NCBI RefSeq assembly: GCF_017643905.1 | Contig: NZ_JAEPMO010000002.1 | Span: 356 to 64,355, forward strand | Direction: 5' to 3' | Length of the DNA stretch: 64,000 nucleotides | Origin: Marivita sp. | GTDB lineage: Bacteria; Pseudomonadota; Alphaproteobacteria; Rhodobacterales; Rhodobacteraceae | Shown here: piece by piece, positions 1 to 10,066 of the stretch | Layout: every line of letters begins with the position of its first letter | Numbering within the stretch: the stretch's first letter is position 1 | Translations under genes and position numbers: made by a program | The notes under the pieces: generated by a model | The model's input: only the letters and a program-made list of their open reading frames with translations | What the model was told of the DNA's origin: nothing | The model's database searches: none

Positions 1-150
1 ATTTTTCCCGAAAAATCGGAACGGCGTTCAGAAATCAGCCAAAATCACAGGAACCGATCCCCAAAACTGCACCTCTTGCTGCACCCCCCGGCCTTGTCAC
101 AGGGAAATTTTCCCGCCATCTGCCTTTCAACTTCATGGAAGGACAGACCC

Positions 151-1203
151 ATGTTCGAATCCCTTGGCTTTGAAAATTTTACCGCGCCGCAGGTGGCAGT
201 GGGTCTTGCGCTGGTCCTTGGCGCCGCGTTTGGCCTGCTGGCAGAGCGCACCAAGTTCTGCTTCCGTCGCGGGCTTGTCGGGGACGATCGCCGTCAGGCA
301 ATGGGCGTCTGGCTGACCGCGCTGGCGGTGGCTGTTCTGGGCACGCAGGCTGGCGTTCTGTCGGGTCTTATCACCTTCGACGAGCACCGTTTCATGGCAG
401 GCGACCTGCCGGTGCTGGCCATCATTCTGGGCGGTCTGATGTTCGGCGCGGGTATGGTGCTCACCCGTGGTTGTGCCTCGCGCCTGACAGTTCTGTCGGC
501 CACCGGCAACCTGCGCGCCGTGTTCGTACTGATGGTCTTCGCGATCACCGCGCACGCGACACTGAAAGGCGTCTTGGCCCCGGTCCGCACAACACTGGGC
601 GCGGTCACCGTGCCTTTGGGCGACACCCTGTCCCTCGCTTCCCTGCCCGGCGGCGCAGTGCTGTGGTCGCTGGTCATCGTCCTGGCGGCGCTGGCCTTTG
701 CCGCCCGTTCGGGCAACCGCGCAACGACCCTGATCATGGCAGCCCTGCTGGGCGCTCTGGTCCCTGCGGGCTGGATCGGCACCGGTTTCGTGCTCTATGA
801 CGATTTCGACCCCGTCGCGCTGCAAAGCCTGTCCTTCACGGCACCCTTCGCGGACACGCTCTTCTGGTCCATCGCTTCCACCTCCATCCCGGCGAATTTT
901 GGGGTTGGCCTGATCGGAGGCGTGCTGGTCGGTGCATTGGTCTCGTCGCTGCTTTTCGGCAGCTTCCAGTGGCAATCCTTCCACGCGCCCGCCGAAACCG
1001 GTCGCTATGCGGGCGGTGCAGTCCTTATGGGCGTCGGGGGTGTTCTGGCCGGAGGATGTACCGTGGGCGCAGGTCTGGCGGGTGTGCCGACACTGTCCAT
1101 CGCAGCACTTCTGGCAATCCTGTCGATTGCAGGCGGCGCACTGCTGACCAATGCGGCCCTCAAGCCGTCACGCCAAAACGCCTACGTCCAACCGGCAGAA
1201 TAA
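151..1203 (+). CDS. YeeE/YedE family inner-membrane protein (putative thiosulfate/sulfur-compound transporter)
   Basis: ORF 76..1203 is very hydrophobic. It has two halves, each with a Gly-Cys motif (TRGCASR, AGGCTVG) as in sulf_transp domains. ATG at 151 sits 7 nt after GGAAGGA; the position-76 start is TTG. Confidence 0.75.
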   Translation: MFESLGFENFTAPQVAVGLALVLGAAFGLLAERTKFCFRRGLVGDDRRQAMGVWLTALAVAVLGTQAGVLSGLITFDEHRFMAGDLPVLAIILGGLMFGAGMVLTRGCASRLTVLSATGNLRAVFVLMVFAITAHATLKGVLAPVRTTLGAVTVPLGDTLSLASLPGGAVLWSLVIVLAALAFAARSGNRATTLIMAALLGALVPAGWIGTGFVLYDDFDPVALQSLSFTAPFADTLFWSIASTSIPANFGVGLIGGVLVGALVSSLLFGSFQWQSFHAPAETGRYAGGAVLMGVGGVLAGGCTVGAGLAGVPTLSIAALLAILSIAGGALLTNAALKPSRQNAYVQPAE

Positions 1204-1563
1204 TCAGATATCGATCTCGCCGTCCTCGGGCGGCGGGAGCGCTTCGAGCCGCGGCGCATCCTGTTTTCGTTTCAACAGGATATCCCCGTTGGGCAAAACG
1301 ACCGGCGGCTCATACGCCGACCAATCCTCGACCTGTTCCATCAGATCGCGCAAGGCAGGGCCCATCTCCTCGGCAAAGCTGCGGATGGCGGGCTCGATCT
1401 CTTCAGCCAGACCTTCCAGCTCGCGCAGGGCGGGCTCCATCTCTTCCATAAGCCCGCGAAAGAACAGCTTTGCGCCTTCTTCCATCAGGCTTGTGCCCTC
1501 CTCGGCAGAAGCGGCAGAGGCCGACAAGGCGGCCACCAGAACATATGCGGGTATTTGTTTCAT
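1204..1563 (-). CDS. small secreted acidic repeat protein (hypothetical)
   Basis: In ORF 1204..1677 the internal ATG at 1563 gives MKQIPAYVLVAALSASAASA, a signal-peptide-like N-terminus. Three ~14-aa repeats follow (EEMEPALRELEG / EEIEPAIRSFAE / EMGPALRDLMEQ). The longer form would overlap the upstream gene. Confidence 0.5.
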   Translation of the reverse strand: MKQIPAYVLVAALSASAASAEEGTSLMEEGAKLFFRGLMEEMEPALRELEGLAEEIEPAIRSFAEEMGPALRDLMEQVEDWSAYEPPVVLPNGDILLKRKQDAPRLEALPPPEDGEIDI

Positions 1564-1604
1564 GCGGTCTATATAAGCATGCTCCACAGAAATTTCACCT
1601 AGAG

Positions 1605-2630
1605 TTACAGATCCAGAGTAACCGGGAAGTGATCCGACGCCGTCAGCAACGCCTCGCGTAGTTCGGGTGTGTTCCAACAGACCGGATCATCGAACGGGTG
1701 CCAGATGCGCCAGCGTTTGGCCTTGGACCGCAGGTCGCGCGACACCATGATGTAGTCCAGCAATGCCTGCAGATACCGATCCTCGTGCGGGATGTAGAAG
1801 CGCGCCGTGGTCGGCTGCGCCCCGATCCGCCGCAACAGCGCCTTGGATGCATGTGGATCGTAAAGCACCGCATCCCCATCCCCCAGGATGATCTCGACCG
1901 AACTGCGCCCGAAAAGATGCTCGTACTCATCCAGACCGGGACCGTCGTTCAGATCGCCCATAACGATCAGTGGATCGCCTGCCTCCAGATGTTCCGCCAC
2001 CCGCGCCCGCAGCCAGATCGCCTGCGCCAATTGCTTGCGCCGGTTGGCAATCGACAACCGCATCACCGCATCGCGGTTGGTGGCCCCATGTGGCGCTTTC
2101 GACTTGAGATGCGCCCCGATCAGGCGGATCACCTGCCCGGTCGCCAACACCGTCATTTCAACCTCGAGCGGCGGTTTCGAAAACACCACCTTGTCCTCGG
2201 TCGCGTCGATATCGAGGTCGATGCGGAACGTCCCGTCAAACCTCGGCGCGCCCGCCACCTGCGGCGCGCCGGGCACAGGGGCCTGTCCCTTGGGATCATG
2301 GCGTATATCCACCACATAGGGATCGTACATCACCGCAATTTCCTGCTGGGTGTCATTGCTGAACCCAATGACAGCGCTGTGCGTCCGCAGATCAAACGCC
2401 TTGGCAAAGGCTTCCAGCGCCCGCACCGTATTGCGGCTGCGGCTGGTGTCCGGCGCTTCGATCACCATGATCACATCCGCGTCCAACGCCGTGAACACGA
2501 TCCCCAACGCTTCTGTCTGCATGGCCTTGGTCACGTCATGCCGCGCAGACCACGACCCATCCGCAATCGGGAGACCCGAGTCATCGAACAGCGCGTCGAA
2601 CCATTCGACATTGTAGGTGGCAAGTCTCAT
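1605..2630 (-). CDS. endonuclease/exonuclease/phosphatase (EEP) family protein
   Basis: 341-aa ORF starting MRLATYNVEWF. It carries the GDLND motif and a C-terminal SDHFPV motif, both typical of the EEP fold. Confidence 0.8.
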   Translation of the reverse strand: MRLATYNVEWFDALFDDSGLPIADGSWSARHDVTKAMQTEALGIVFTALDADVIMVIEAPDTSRSRNTVRALEAFAKAFDLRTHSAVIGFSNDTQQEIAVMYDPYVVDIRHDPKGQAPVPGAPQVAGAPRFDGTFRIDLDIDATEDKVVFSKPPLEVEMTVLATGQVIRLIGAHLKSKAPHGATNRDAVMRLSIANRRKQLAQAIWLRARVAEHLEAGDPLIVMGDLNDGPGLDEYEHLFGRSSVEIILGDGDAVLYDPHASKALLRRIGAQPTTARFYIPHEDRYLQALLDYIMVSRDLRSKAKRWRIWHPFDDPVCWNTPELREALLTASDHFPVTLDL

Positions 2631-2651
2631 CTGCGCCGCGTCATATCGGCA

Positions 2652-3335
2652 TCAGGCGTGTTCGCGCGCCGCGATCTCTTCCCAGGCGCGGTTGATGTCG
2701 ATCAGCCGCCGTTCCGACAGCTTCACCGCTTCTTCCGGCACGCCTCGGGCGATCATACGATCCGGATGGCTCTCTCGCACAAGCTGCCTCCAGGTTGCGC
2801 GGATCTCGTCAAGTGACATCCCCGGCTCGACACCCAGCACATCGTACGGGTCAGGCTCTGCATCCGGGACAAAGCGCGACTTCAAGCGGCGGAACGACCC
2901 TTCGGGCAACTCGAAAATCTCGGCCACCCGCAGCAGGAACGCGTCTTCACCGGGGTGATAGGTCCCATCCGCCATCGCGATGTGAAACAGGCCTTCCATC
3001 AGGTCACACAAGGTTCCCTGATCAGGCCCGAACATCGCGCGGATGCGCTTGGCGTATTCCTCGAACCCGGCCACGTCCTGCCGGGCAAGGTTGAACACGC
3101 GGGCCGCGCCCGACTCGTCTTCGCGCGGGATGTGGAACACTTCGCGGAACGCCATCACCTCGTCACGGGTCACAAGACCATCCGCCTTGGCCATCTTGGC
3201 CGACAGAGCAATCACGGCAATAGTGAAGGCCACGGTCTTTTCCGGCGGCGTGCGCAGGCGGTCAAACACCGTTGCAAGACCCTCGCCCGAGGCAAGGGCC
3301 GAAAGAGCATCCGCAATGCGCGACCAGATCGACAT
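2652..3335 (-). CDS. DjlA-like co-chaperone (TerB-like N-domain plus C-terminal J domain)
   Basis: The C-terminus DPYDVLGVEPGMSLDEIRATWRQLVRESHPDR is a J-domain with the HPD motif. The N-terminal half resembles the TerB/DjlA tellurite-resistance-like domain. Confidence 0.8.
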   Translation of the reverse strand: MSIWSRIADALSALASGEGLATVFDRLRTPPEKTVAFTIAVIALSAKMAKADGLVTRDEVMAFREVFHIPREDESGAARVFNLARQDVAGFEEYAKRIRAMFGPDQGTLCDLMEGLFHIAMADGTYHPGEDAFLLRVAEIFELPEGSFRRLKSRFVPDAEPDPYDVLGVEPGMSLDEIRATWRQLVRESHPDRMIARGVPEEAVKLSERRLIDINRAWEEIAAREHA

Positions 3336-3377
3336 AACCGCATCCTACGGCAAACGCCCGGTTTTGTCAGTGCGGCA

Positions 3378-3857
3378 TCAGAGCTTTTTCTGCATCAGCA
3401 CAAGGTCGATCCAACGCCCGAACTTGAACCCCACCTCGGACAGCGTCGCCACCTCGGTAAAGCCAATCGCACGGTGAAAGGCATGACCTGCCGGGTTTTC
3501 CGCGCTCACACCTGCCCAAAGCGAATGCACACCTTCGGCCCGTGCCACGCCCTCCAACGCCGTCATCAGCTTTCGTCCGGCCCCGGTGCCACGAGCCTCT
3601 TTGGTCAAAGCAATGGAATGTTCCTTGGTCCGCGCATAGCCGGGACCGTTGCGAAACGGAAAATAACTGGCATAGCCGACAGCCACCCCGTCCGTCTCGG
3701 CCACAAGAAACGCAGGCCCCTTGGCGGCGATATCGTCGCGCACATAGTCGACGGTCTTGAGCTCCGAGGTGAAGGTGATCGTGGTGTTCGCGATCACGTC
3801 ATTCAGGATCACCGTCAACGCCTCGGCATCGTCGGCGCGCGCGGGTCGGATGATCAT
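3378..3857 (-). CDS. GNAT family N-acetyltransferase (phosphinothricin acetyltransferase-like)
   Basis: 159 aa. It has the R-G-x-G-x-G acetyl-CoA loop ([10 protein letters not shown]) and PAT-like overall similarity. Its ATG overlaps the stop of the upstream gene (ATGA). Confidence 0.85.
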   Translation of the reverse strand: MIIRPARADDAEALTVILNDVIANTTITFTSELKTVDYVRDDIAAKGPAFLVAETDGVAVGYASYFPFRNGPGYARTKEHSIALTKEARGTGAGRKLMTALEGVARAEGVHSLWAGVSAENPAGHAFHRAIGFTEVATLSEVGFKFGRWIDLVLMQKKL

Positions 3858-4471
3858 GTGAGGATACGTCTCCCGCTGGTGGTCAGAAACACGGCCTGCA
3901 TCATCCGGTCAGCCATGGTGCGATAGATCACCCGGTCATCATCCAGAACCGGGGCCAACCGCGCCTGAAGATCGGTCACATCCGGCCCACAAATCGTCAA
4001 CGCCTCAAGCCGCAACCCGGCACTTTGCAAGGTCATTCCCGGCGGTGTGTCGGTGTGCCATTGGATGATCGCGGGGAATTGGTCGCCAAAAGGCAAGCGG
4101 CCATCCGGAGGCACCAGCATGGTCCAACTGAGATCGCCCCGCGACAGCTCCACCGGCTCTCCGGCTTCGGGGAACGTCCGCTGCGCGGCCTCGATGTCAT
4201 CGCAACGCAGGATCCACTTGTCGAGCTGGGCCGGACCGTCAAAATCATCCAGCCCGAACCAGCGCGGATAGCCCGGCTTGGGCTGCGAGGGATCGGGGGC
4301 AATGGCCTCGAAGTAAAGGTCGTTCTCAAGCCCGAGAACCCGGTTATGCGTGGCATAATGCGCGTGCTGACCGCCAGCACCCAGCGTCACGCCCAGCGCT
4401 TCTTCGCTGTGGCGCACCGCCTCCTCCAGCGTTTCGCCCGCAACCGCGATATGATCCAGTTCGAATTTCAT
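3854..4471 (-). CDS. VOC / glyoxalase-like domain protein
   Basis: 205-aa ORF with the N-terminus [10 protein letters not shown]...HYATHN typical of glyoxalase-like (VOC) domain proteins. It is translationally coupled to the GNAT gene. Confidence 0.65.
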   Translation of the reverse strand: MKFELDHIAVAGETLEEAVRHSEEALGVTLGAGGQHAHYATHNRVLGLENDLYFEAIAPDPSQPKPGYPRWFGLDDFDGPAQLDKWILRCDDIEAAQRTFPEAGEPVELSRGDLSWTMLVPPDGRLPFGDQFPAIIQWHTDTPPGMTLQSAGLRLEALTICGPDVTDLQARLAPVLDDDRVIYRTMADRMMQAVFLTTSGRRILT

Positions 4472-4495
4472 GCGGACATTGACACACGCGGCAGG

Positions 4496-4537
4496 TTTTC
4501 CGTCAACGGAAAACAGCGGACGCGTCGACGCGTCCGC
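4496..4537 (-). terminator. double hairpin downstream of methylmalonyl-CoA mutase
   Basis: A perfect 22-nt palindrome GCGGACGCGTCGACGCGTCCGC (4516..4537) is followed on the minus strand by TG and TTTTCCGT-CA-ACGGAAAA (4496..4513). Confidence 0.55.
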
Positions 4538-4548
4538 CTACCCGTGCG

Positions 4549-6678
4549 TTAACCGCGCGCTTCGCGGATCAGCCGCAGGATGTCCTGCGCGGCTTCCGGA
4601 ATGTTGGTCCCCGGCCCGAAGATCGCCTTGACCCCGGCGTCATAGAGGAACCGGTAGTCCTGCTGCGGGATGACCCCACCGCAGATCACCAGAATGTCCC
4701 CCGCACCCTGCGCCTTCAGCTCTTGCACCAGTTGCGGCGCCAAAGTCTTGTGCCCAGCCGCCTGAGAGGAAATCCCGATCACATGCACATCGTTGTCGAT
4801 GGCATCCTGCGCGGCCTCGGCCGGGGTCTGGAACAGCGGCCCCACATCCACGTCAAAGCCGATGTCCGCGAATGCCGTCGCGATCACCTTGGCACCCCGG
4901 TCATGGCCGTCCTGCCCCATCTTTACGACCAGCATACGCGGACGGCGGCCTTCGTCCTCGGCAAACGCCTCGACCGACCGCTGGATGGCTGCAAAGCCTT
5001 CGTCGCCCTCATAGGCCGCGCCATAGACGCCCGCCAATGTCTTCACCTCGGCCCGGTGGCGGCCGAACACTTTTTCCATCGCCATGCTGATCTCTCCTAC
5101 CGTGGCGCGGGCGCGGGAAGCCTCAACCGCCGCTTCCAACAGATTGCCGCCTTCGGCTGCGCGTTTCTCAAGTTCGGCCAGCGCCGCAGCGCAGGCCGCC
5201 TGATCGCGGGTGCTTCGGATGCTCTCCAGCCGGGCGATCTGGCTCTGCCGCACCTTGACGTTGTCCACATCCAGAATGTCCAGCGGGTCTTCCTTGGCGA
5301 GCCGGTACTTGTTCACACCCACGATCACATCGGTGCCCCGGTCGATATCCGCCTGACGCTGCGCTGCCGTTTCCTCGATCCGCAGCTTGGGCATGCCAGA
5401 GGCCACGGCCTTGGTCATGCCGCCCATCTCGTCGACCTCTTCGATCAACTTCCACGCGGCTTCGGCCAGATCATGGGTCAGCTTCTCGACGTAGTAAGAT
5501 CCCGCCAGCGGGTCGACCACCTTGGTCACGCCGGTTTCTTCCTGCAAGATCAACTGCGTGTTCCGCGCGATCCGGGCACTGAACTCGGTCGGCAGCGCAA
5601 TCGCTTCATCCAACGCATTGGTGTGCAGCGACTGCGTGCCGCCCAGAACCGCGCTCATCGCCTCGAAAGCGGTGCGGATCACGTTGTTGTAGGGGTCCTG
5701 TTCCGCCAGCGACACGCCAGAGGTCTGGCAATGCGTGCGCAGCATCTTGGAGCGGTCATTCTTCGCGCCCAGATCGGTCATGATCCGGTGCCAGAGCAGA
5801 CGCGCCGCGCGCAGTTTCGCCGCCTCCATGAAGAAGTTCTTGCCGATGGCAAAGAAAAACGACAGACGCCCGGCGAACTTGTCCACGTCCATGCCGCGTG
5901 CCATCGCAGTCTGCACGTATTCTTTGCCGTCCGCCAGCGTATAGGCCAGCTCCTGCACAAGGTTCGCGCCCGCTTCCTGCATGTGGTAGCCGGAAATCGA
6001 GATCGAGTTGAACTTCGGCATCTCGTTCGAGGTGTATTCGATGATGTCCGCGATGATCCGCATCGACGGCTCGGGCGGGTAGACATAGGTGTTGCGGACC
6101 ATGAACTCCTTGAGGATGTCGTTCTGGATCGTCCCCGACAACAGAGCACGATCCACACCCTGCTCTTCGCCCGCGACGATGAAACTGGCGAGGATCGGAA
6201 TGACCGCGCCGTTCATCGTCATCGACACCGACACCTGATCCAGCGGGATTCCGTCGAAGAGGATCTTCATGTCCTCGACAGAGTCGATGGCCACACCGGC
6301 CTTGCCGACATCGCCGACAACCCGCTCATGGTCGCTGTCATAGCCTCGGTGCGTGGCCAGATCGAACGCGACAGACACCCCCTGCTGACCGGCCGCCAGG
6401 TTCTTGCGGTAAAACGCGTTCGATTCCTCCGCGGTCGAGAACCCCGCATATTGCCGGATCGTCCAGGGACGACCGGCATACATGGTCGCTTTAACACCAC
6501 GCGTGAACGGTGCCTCACCCGGCAGCGTGCCCAGATGCGGCAGGTCCTTGATGTCGTCCTCGGTGTAGAGCGGCTGAACCTCGATCCCTTCGAGCGTCTT
6601 CCAGGTCAGCGAGTCGACCGATTTCCCGCGCAGTTCCTTTTCGGCCAGCGCGCGCCATGTGTCTGTCTTGGACGTCAT
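4549..6678 (-). CDS. mcm: methylmalonyl-CoA mutase (single-polypeptide, B12-dependent)
   Basis: Strong resemblance to MCM large chains across the whole ORF, including the RIARNT motif and the C-terminal B12-binding DxHxxG (GQDGHDRG). ATG at 6678 (MTSKTDTW) is preferred over the extended start at 6726. Confidence 0.92.
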   Translation of the reverse strand: MTSKTDTWRALAEKELRGKSVDSLTWKTLEGIEVQPLYTEDDIKDLPHLGTLPGEAPFTRGVKATMYAGRPWTIRQYAGFSTAEESNAFYRKNLAAGQQGVSVAFDLATHRGYDSDHERVVGDVGKAGVAIDSVEDMKILFDGIPLDQVSVSMTMNGAVIPILASFIVAGEEQGVDRALLSGTIQNDILKEFMVRNTYVYPPEPSMRIIADIIEYTSNEMPKFNSISISGYHMQEAGANLVQELAYTLADGKEYVQTAMARGMDVDKFAGRLSFFFAIGKNFFMEAAKLRAARLLWHRIMTDLGAKNDRSKMLRTHCQTSGVSLAEQDPYNNVIRTAFEAMSAVLGGTQSLHTNALDEAIALPTEFSARIARNTQLILQEETGVTKVVDPLAGSYYVEKLTHDLAEAAWKLIEEVDEMGGMTKAVASGMPKLRIEETAAQRQADIDRGTDVIVGVNKYRLAKEDPLDILDVDNVKVRQSQIARLESIRSTRDQAACAAALAELEKRAAEGGNLLEAAVEASRARATVGEISMAMEKVFGRHRAEVKTLAGVYGAAYEGDEGFAAIQRSVEAFAEDEGRRPRMLVVKMGQDGHDRGAKVIATAFADIGFDVDVGPLFQTPAEAAQDAIDNDVHVIGISSQAAGHKTLAPQLVQELKAQGAGDILVICGGVIPQQDYRFLYDAGVKAIFGPGTNIPEAAQDILRLIREARG

Positions 6679-6840
6679 CTTCTGTCTGTTCCTCTTGTCG
6701 TCATCCGCACCCTGCCGCATGTGCACAGGTGCGATTGTGGAATGGGTCGAGAGCCGTGCCGCAGGAGCGCGGTCACTTTTTTGCGTGTGGACGCGCTTCG
6801 TGCCTTCGCATTGTGCAGAGCTCGCCCTATGTTTTCGGGT

Positions 6841-7314
6841 ATGAACAAAGTCTTATCCGCAGTGCTTGCATCTCTCATGCTGTCCGCCCCGATTGCGGGA
6901 CAGGCGCAGGAGTCCGGTGCAACCGTCGACGACCTGTCCGTCGACATGATCCGGTCCGCCGAAACCGTGACGCTTGAGGAATTCCTCTGGATCAAGCGCC
7001 CCGTCGTGGTCTTTGCCGACAGCCCCGCCGATCCGCGATACGTGCAACAGATGCAGTACCTGACCAGCGATCTGCACGCGCTCGATCTGCGCGACGTCGT
7101 GATCATCACCGACACCAACCCGGCGGAACGAACCCCGGCCCGCACCGCCCTCCGGCCGCGCGGGTTCATGCTGGCGATCATCGACAAGGATGGCGGCGTC
7201 AAACACCGCAAGCCCCTGCCCTGGGACGTCCGTGAAATCAGCCGCGCCATCGACAAGATGCCGACCCGCCAGCAGGAGATCCAGGAACGCACCGACGGGT
7301 TGCCGCGCGGATAG
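6841..7314 (+). CDS. DUF4174-like secreted protein
   Basis: This is the real gene in the tail of the chimeric ORF 4723..7314. It has a signal peptide [22 protein letters not shown] and then the RPVVVFA...DKDGG pattern of DUF4174. An alternative ATG lies at 6829. Confidence 0.65.
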   Translation: MNKVLSAVLASLMLSAPIAGQAQESGATVDDLSVDMIRSAETVTLEEFLWIKRPVVVFADSPADPRYVQQMQYLTSDLHALDLRDVVIITDTNPAERTPARTALRPRGFMLAIIDKDGGVKHRKPLPWDVREISRAIDKMPTRQQEIQERTDGLPRG

Positions 7315-7324
7315 GCCCTTTCCC

Positions 7325-7351
7325 ACCCGGTGCGGTCAGTCCACACCGGGT
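7325..7351. terminator. hairpin between convergent DUF4174 gene and pccA
   Basis: ACCCGGTG-N11-CACCGGGT inverted repeat in the 72-nt convergent gap. Confidence 0.35.
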
Positions 7352-7386
7352 CGCGGCCTGATATGCGCGCAGCTGGGGTCACGGCC

Positions 7387-9387
7387 TTATTCGAACTCCA
7401 TGATCACATCGTCCACGGCCAGGCTGTCGCCCGCCGCCGCGTTGATCTTGGACACGGTGCCCTTGCGTTCGGCGCGCAGGATGTTTTCCATCTTCATCGC
7501 CTCGACCGTGCAGAGCGCCTGACCTTCCTGCACTTCCTGCCCCTCTTCCACGTCGATCTTCACGATCAAACCGGGCATCGGGCAGAGTAGCAGCTTGGAC
7601 GTATCCGGGGCCACTTTCTCGGGCATCATGCGGGCCAGTTCCGCCTGACGCGGGGTGCGGACATGGACCTTCAGCTCGGCTCCGCGTGAACGGATGCGGA
7701 AGCCGCCAGACACCTTGCCCACCTTCATCACCAACGGCGTGCCATTGACCGTCATGCGGGCCAGTTGATCGCCCGGTGTCCAGTCACCGCTGACCCGGAT
7801 CTCGGATCCATCCGCAAAGCGCACTGTTGACCCGTCATGGTCAGCCGCGATGGTGACGTCAAAATCGACACCCTGAAGCGCGACGTTCCACTCTTCGCCC
7901 ACCCGGCGCTCGTGGTTGTCGAGCGTGCCCGAGATGCGCGCGCGGCGAATTTCGGCCACCCGGTTCATCGCCGCACAGGCCGCCGCGATATTGCGCAGCG
8001 CGGCGTCACCAAGCGTCACCCCTTCAAAGCCGTCGGGATATTCCTCGGCGATAAAGGCCGTGGTCATGTCGCCGGAAATGAACTTGGGATGATCCATCAC
8101 CGCGGCCACAAACGGCAGGTTGTGACCAATGCCTTCCACCTCGAAACTGTCCAGCGCGTTGCGCATGGTCTCGATCGCAGTGGCGCGGTCCGGGCCCCAG
8201 GTGCACAGTTTGGCGATCATCGGGTCGTAATACATGCTGATCTCGCCGCCTTCGAACACACCGGTGTCGTTGCGCACGATGCCATCGCCCAGCGGGCCTT
8301 CGGCAGGCGGGCGGTAACGGGTCAAACGGCCAATCGACGGCAGGAAGCCGCGATACGGGTCTTCGGCATAAAGCCGGTTTTCAATCGCCCAGCCGTTGAT
8401 CTTAACGTCGTCCTGCGTGATCGACAGTGGCTCGCCATTGGCAACGCGGATCATCTGTTCCACCAGATCAACGCCGGTGATGAGCTCGGTCACCGGGTGT
8501 TCCACCTGAAGGCGGGTGTTCATTTCGAGGAAGTAGAAATTCCGGTCGCCATCGACGATGAATTCCACCGTGCCTGCGCTGGTGTAGCCAACAGCCTTCG
8601 CTAGTGCGACCGACTGTTCGCCCATAGCTTTGCGGGTGGCTTCGTCAAGGAACGGGCTGGGCGCTTCTTCGACAACCTTCTGGTTCCGGCGCTGGATCGA
8701 ACATTCGCGCTCGTTCAGGTATATCCCGTTGCCATGCGCGTCGCAGAGCACCTGAATCTCGATGTGGCGCGGCTGGGTGACGAATTTTTCAATGAAGATG
8801 CGGTCATCACCAAACGAGGACGCGGCCTCGTTCTTGGACGACTGAAAGCCCTCGCGCGCCTCCGTGTCGTTCCACGCGATCCGCATGCCTTTGCCGCCAC
8901 CGCCGGCAGAGGCCTTGATCATCACCGGATAGCCGATCTCATTCGAAATCTTGACCGCCTCATCCGCGTCTTCGATCAGGCCCATATAGCCCGGGACGGT
9001 CGAGACGTTGGCCTCCTGCGCGATCTTCTTCGACGTGATCTTGTCGCCCATCGCCTCGATGGCTTTTACAGGCGGGCCGACAAAGGCCACGCCTGCGGCT
9101 TCAAGCGCCTGTGCGAATTTAGGGTTTTCGGACAGGAAACCATAGCCCGGATGCACCGCCTGTGCGCCCGACTGTTTGATCGCGTCCATCACCTTGTCGA
9201 TGACGATATAGGACTGGTTCGCGGGCGGCGGCCCGATATGCACCGCCTCATCCGCCATTTCGACATGCAGCGCGTGTTTGTCGGCATCCGAATAGATGGC
9301 CACCGTTTTGATGCCCATCTTGCGGGCGGTCTTGATCACGCGGCAGGCGATCTCGCCCCGGTTGGCAATCAGGATCTTGTCGAACAT
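7387..9387 (-). CDS. pccA: propionyl-CoA carboxylase alpha subunit (biotin carboxylase plus BCCP)
   Basis: 666 aa. It has an N-terminal biotin carboxylase domain (MFDKILIANRGEIACRVI) and a C-terminal biotinyl motif EAMKME. It sits beside pccB, mcm and pccR. Confidence 0.92.
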   Translation of the reverse strand: MFDKILIANRGEIACRVIKTARKMGIKTVAIYSDADKHALHVEMADEAVHIGPPPANQSYIVIDKVMDAIKQSGAQAVHPGYGFLSENPKFAQALEAAGVAFVGPPVKAIEAMGDKITSKKIAQEANVSTVPGYMGLIEDADEAVKISNEIGYPVMIKASAGGGGKGMRIAWNDTEAREGFQSSKNEAASSFGDDRIFIEKFVTQPRHIEIQVLCDAHGNGIYLNERECSIQRRNQKVVEEAPSPFLDEATRKAMGEQSVALAKAVGYTSAGTVEFIVDGDRNFYFLEMNTRLQVEHPVTELITGVDLVEQMIRVANGEPLSITQDDVKINGWAIENRLYAEDPYRGFLPSIGRLTRYRPPAEGPLGDGIVRNDTGVFEGGEISMYYDPMIAKLCTWGPDRATAIETMRNALDSFEVEGIGHNLPFVAAVMDHPKFISGDMTTAFIAEEYPDGFEGVTLGDAALRNIAAACAAMNRVAEIRRARISGTLDNHERRVGEEWNVALQGVDFDVTIAADHDGSTVRFADGSEIRVSGDWTPGDQLARMTVNGTPLVMKVGKVSGGFRIRSRGAELKVHVRTPRQAELARMMPEKVAPDTSKLLLCPMPGLIVKIDVEEGQEVQEGQALCTVEAMKMENILRAERKGTVSKINAAAGDSLAVDDVIMEFE

Positions 9388-9445
9388 GTCTGTCCCTTTC
9401 CGTCAGTCTTTTCTTGGCCGGGGACACATCCCGCAGCGATGGCAT

Positions 9446-9480
9446 AAAAAAGACCGCCCGGACGCTGAGTCCGAACGGTC
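9446..9480 (-). terminator. rho-independent terminator after the 71-aa lipoprotein gene
   Basis: The minus-strand RNA reads GACCGUUCGGAC-UCAGC-GUCCGGGCGGUC, a 12-bp stem with two G-U pairs, followed by UUUUUUAU. Pairing is only perfect on the minus strand. Confidence 0.6.
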
Positions 9481-9513
9481 GAAATCCGTGAGTAATTCGG
9501 GCGCGCTGACGCG

Positions 9514-9729
9514 TCAGCAGCGTTCCGGATATGTCTGGCAATAGGCGACATTGGCCGCAGCGCCAACAGCCGCCCCGGTGAGCGGATCGCCCCCTGCCGC
9601 AACCGCTGTGCCGCCACCGGCCGCACCGCCCAAGAGCGCCTGTTCGCCCAGCGTGTCACCGCAGGCCGAGAGGCCCAGCAGCGCGACAACGGCGAAAATC
9701 CGGGTGGGTTTGAAGGTGTGAGTGTCCAT
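9514..9729 (-). CDS. small glycine-zipper lipoprotein (71 aa)
   Basis: The internal ATG at 9729 of ORF 9514..9984 is preceded by AAGGAG. It has a lipobox LLGLSAC and a Gly/Ala-rich body. Confidence 0.6.
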   Translation of the reverse strand: MDTHTFKPTRIFAVVALLGLSACGDTLGEQALLGGAAGGGTAVAAGGDPLTGAAVGAAANVAYCQTYPERC

Positions 9730-9864
9730 GTGTCTGCTCCTTTGCGGGTCTGTGCCTGTTTTGCAGTAACACCCCGGATCAGCCAGTTGTTCCAGCCTTT
9801 CTCCCCATCGGCCGGATTTTGGGCAGATCCTTGCCCGTCCCTGTAACATTCTGATCCAGAACAG

Positions 9865-9908
9865 AAAAAGTCGGGCGCTTGGCATGGGGTGTAACCAAGG
9901 CGCCCGAC
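9865..9908 (-). terminator. rho-independent terminator, about 160 nt downstream of the 10067 stop
   Basis: The minus strand reads GTCGGGCGCCTTGG-loop-CCAAGCGCCCGAC followed by TTTTTCTG. Confidence 0.55.
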
Positions 9909-10066
9909 AGGGGAAGGGTAACGGTGAACAAAAGGCGCAATCTGCCAACGCCATGTCACTAGGAACAGGTCCACAGTGGCACAACCGCCTAACGCGTCAA
10001 TGAAAAATGGAATACAACCCAAGGTGTCGGCTTTTTCCCGCCCAAACTGACCCGCCGTAAGCAACA

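Noticed and set aside
6679-6840. PccR-type TTTGCAAA box upstream of the mutase gene
   Set aside because: Only loose resemblances are present (TTTTTGCGTG, TGTGCACA). There is no TTTGCAA copy.
4723-7314. 863-aa plus-strand ORF, the longest in the window
   Set aside because: Its first ~700 codons are antisense to the clearly real methylmalonyl-CoA mutase gene. Its Arg/His/Gly-rich composition is typical of off-frame GC-rich sequence. Only the last ~157 codons (6841..7314, DUF4174-like) are a real gene.
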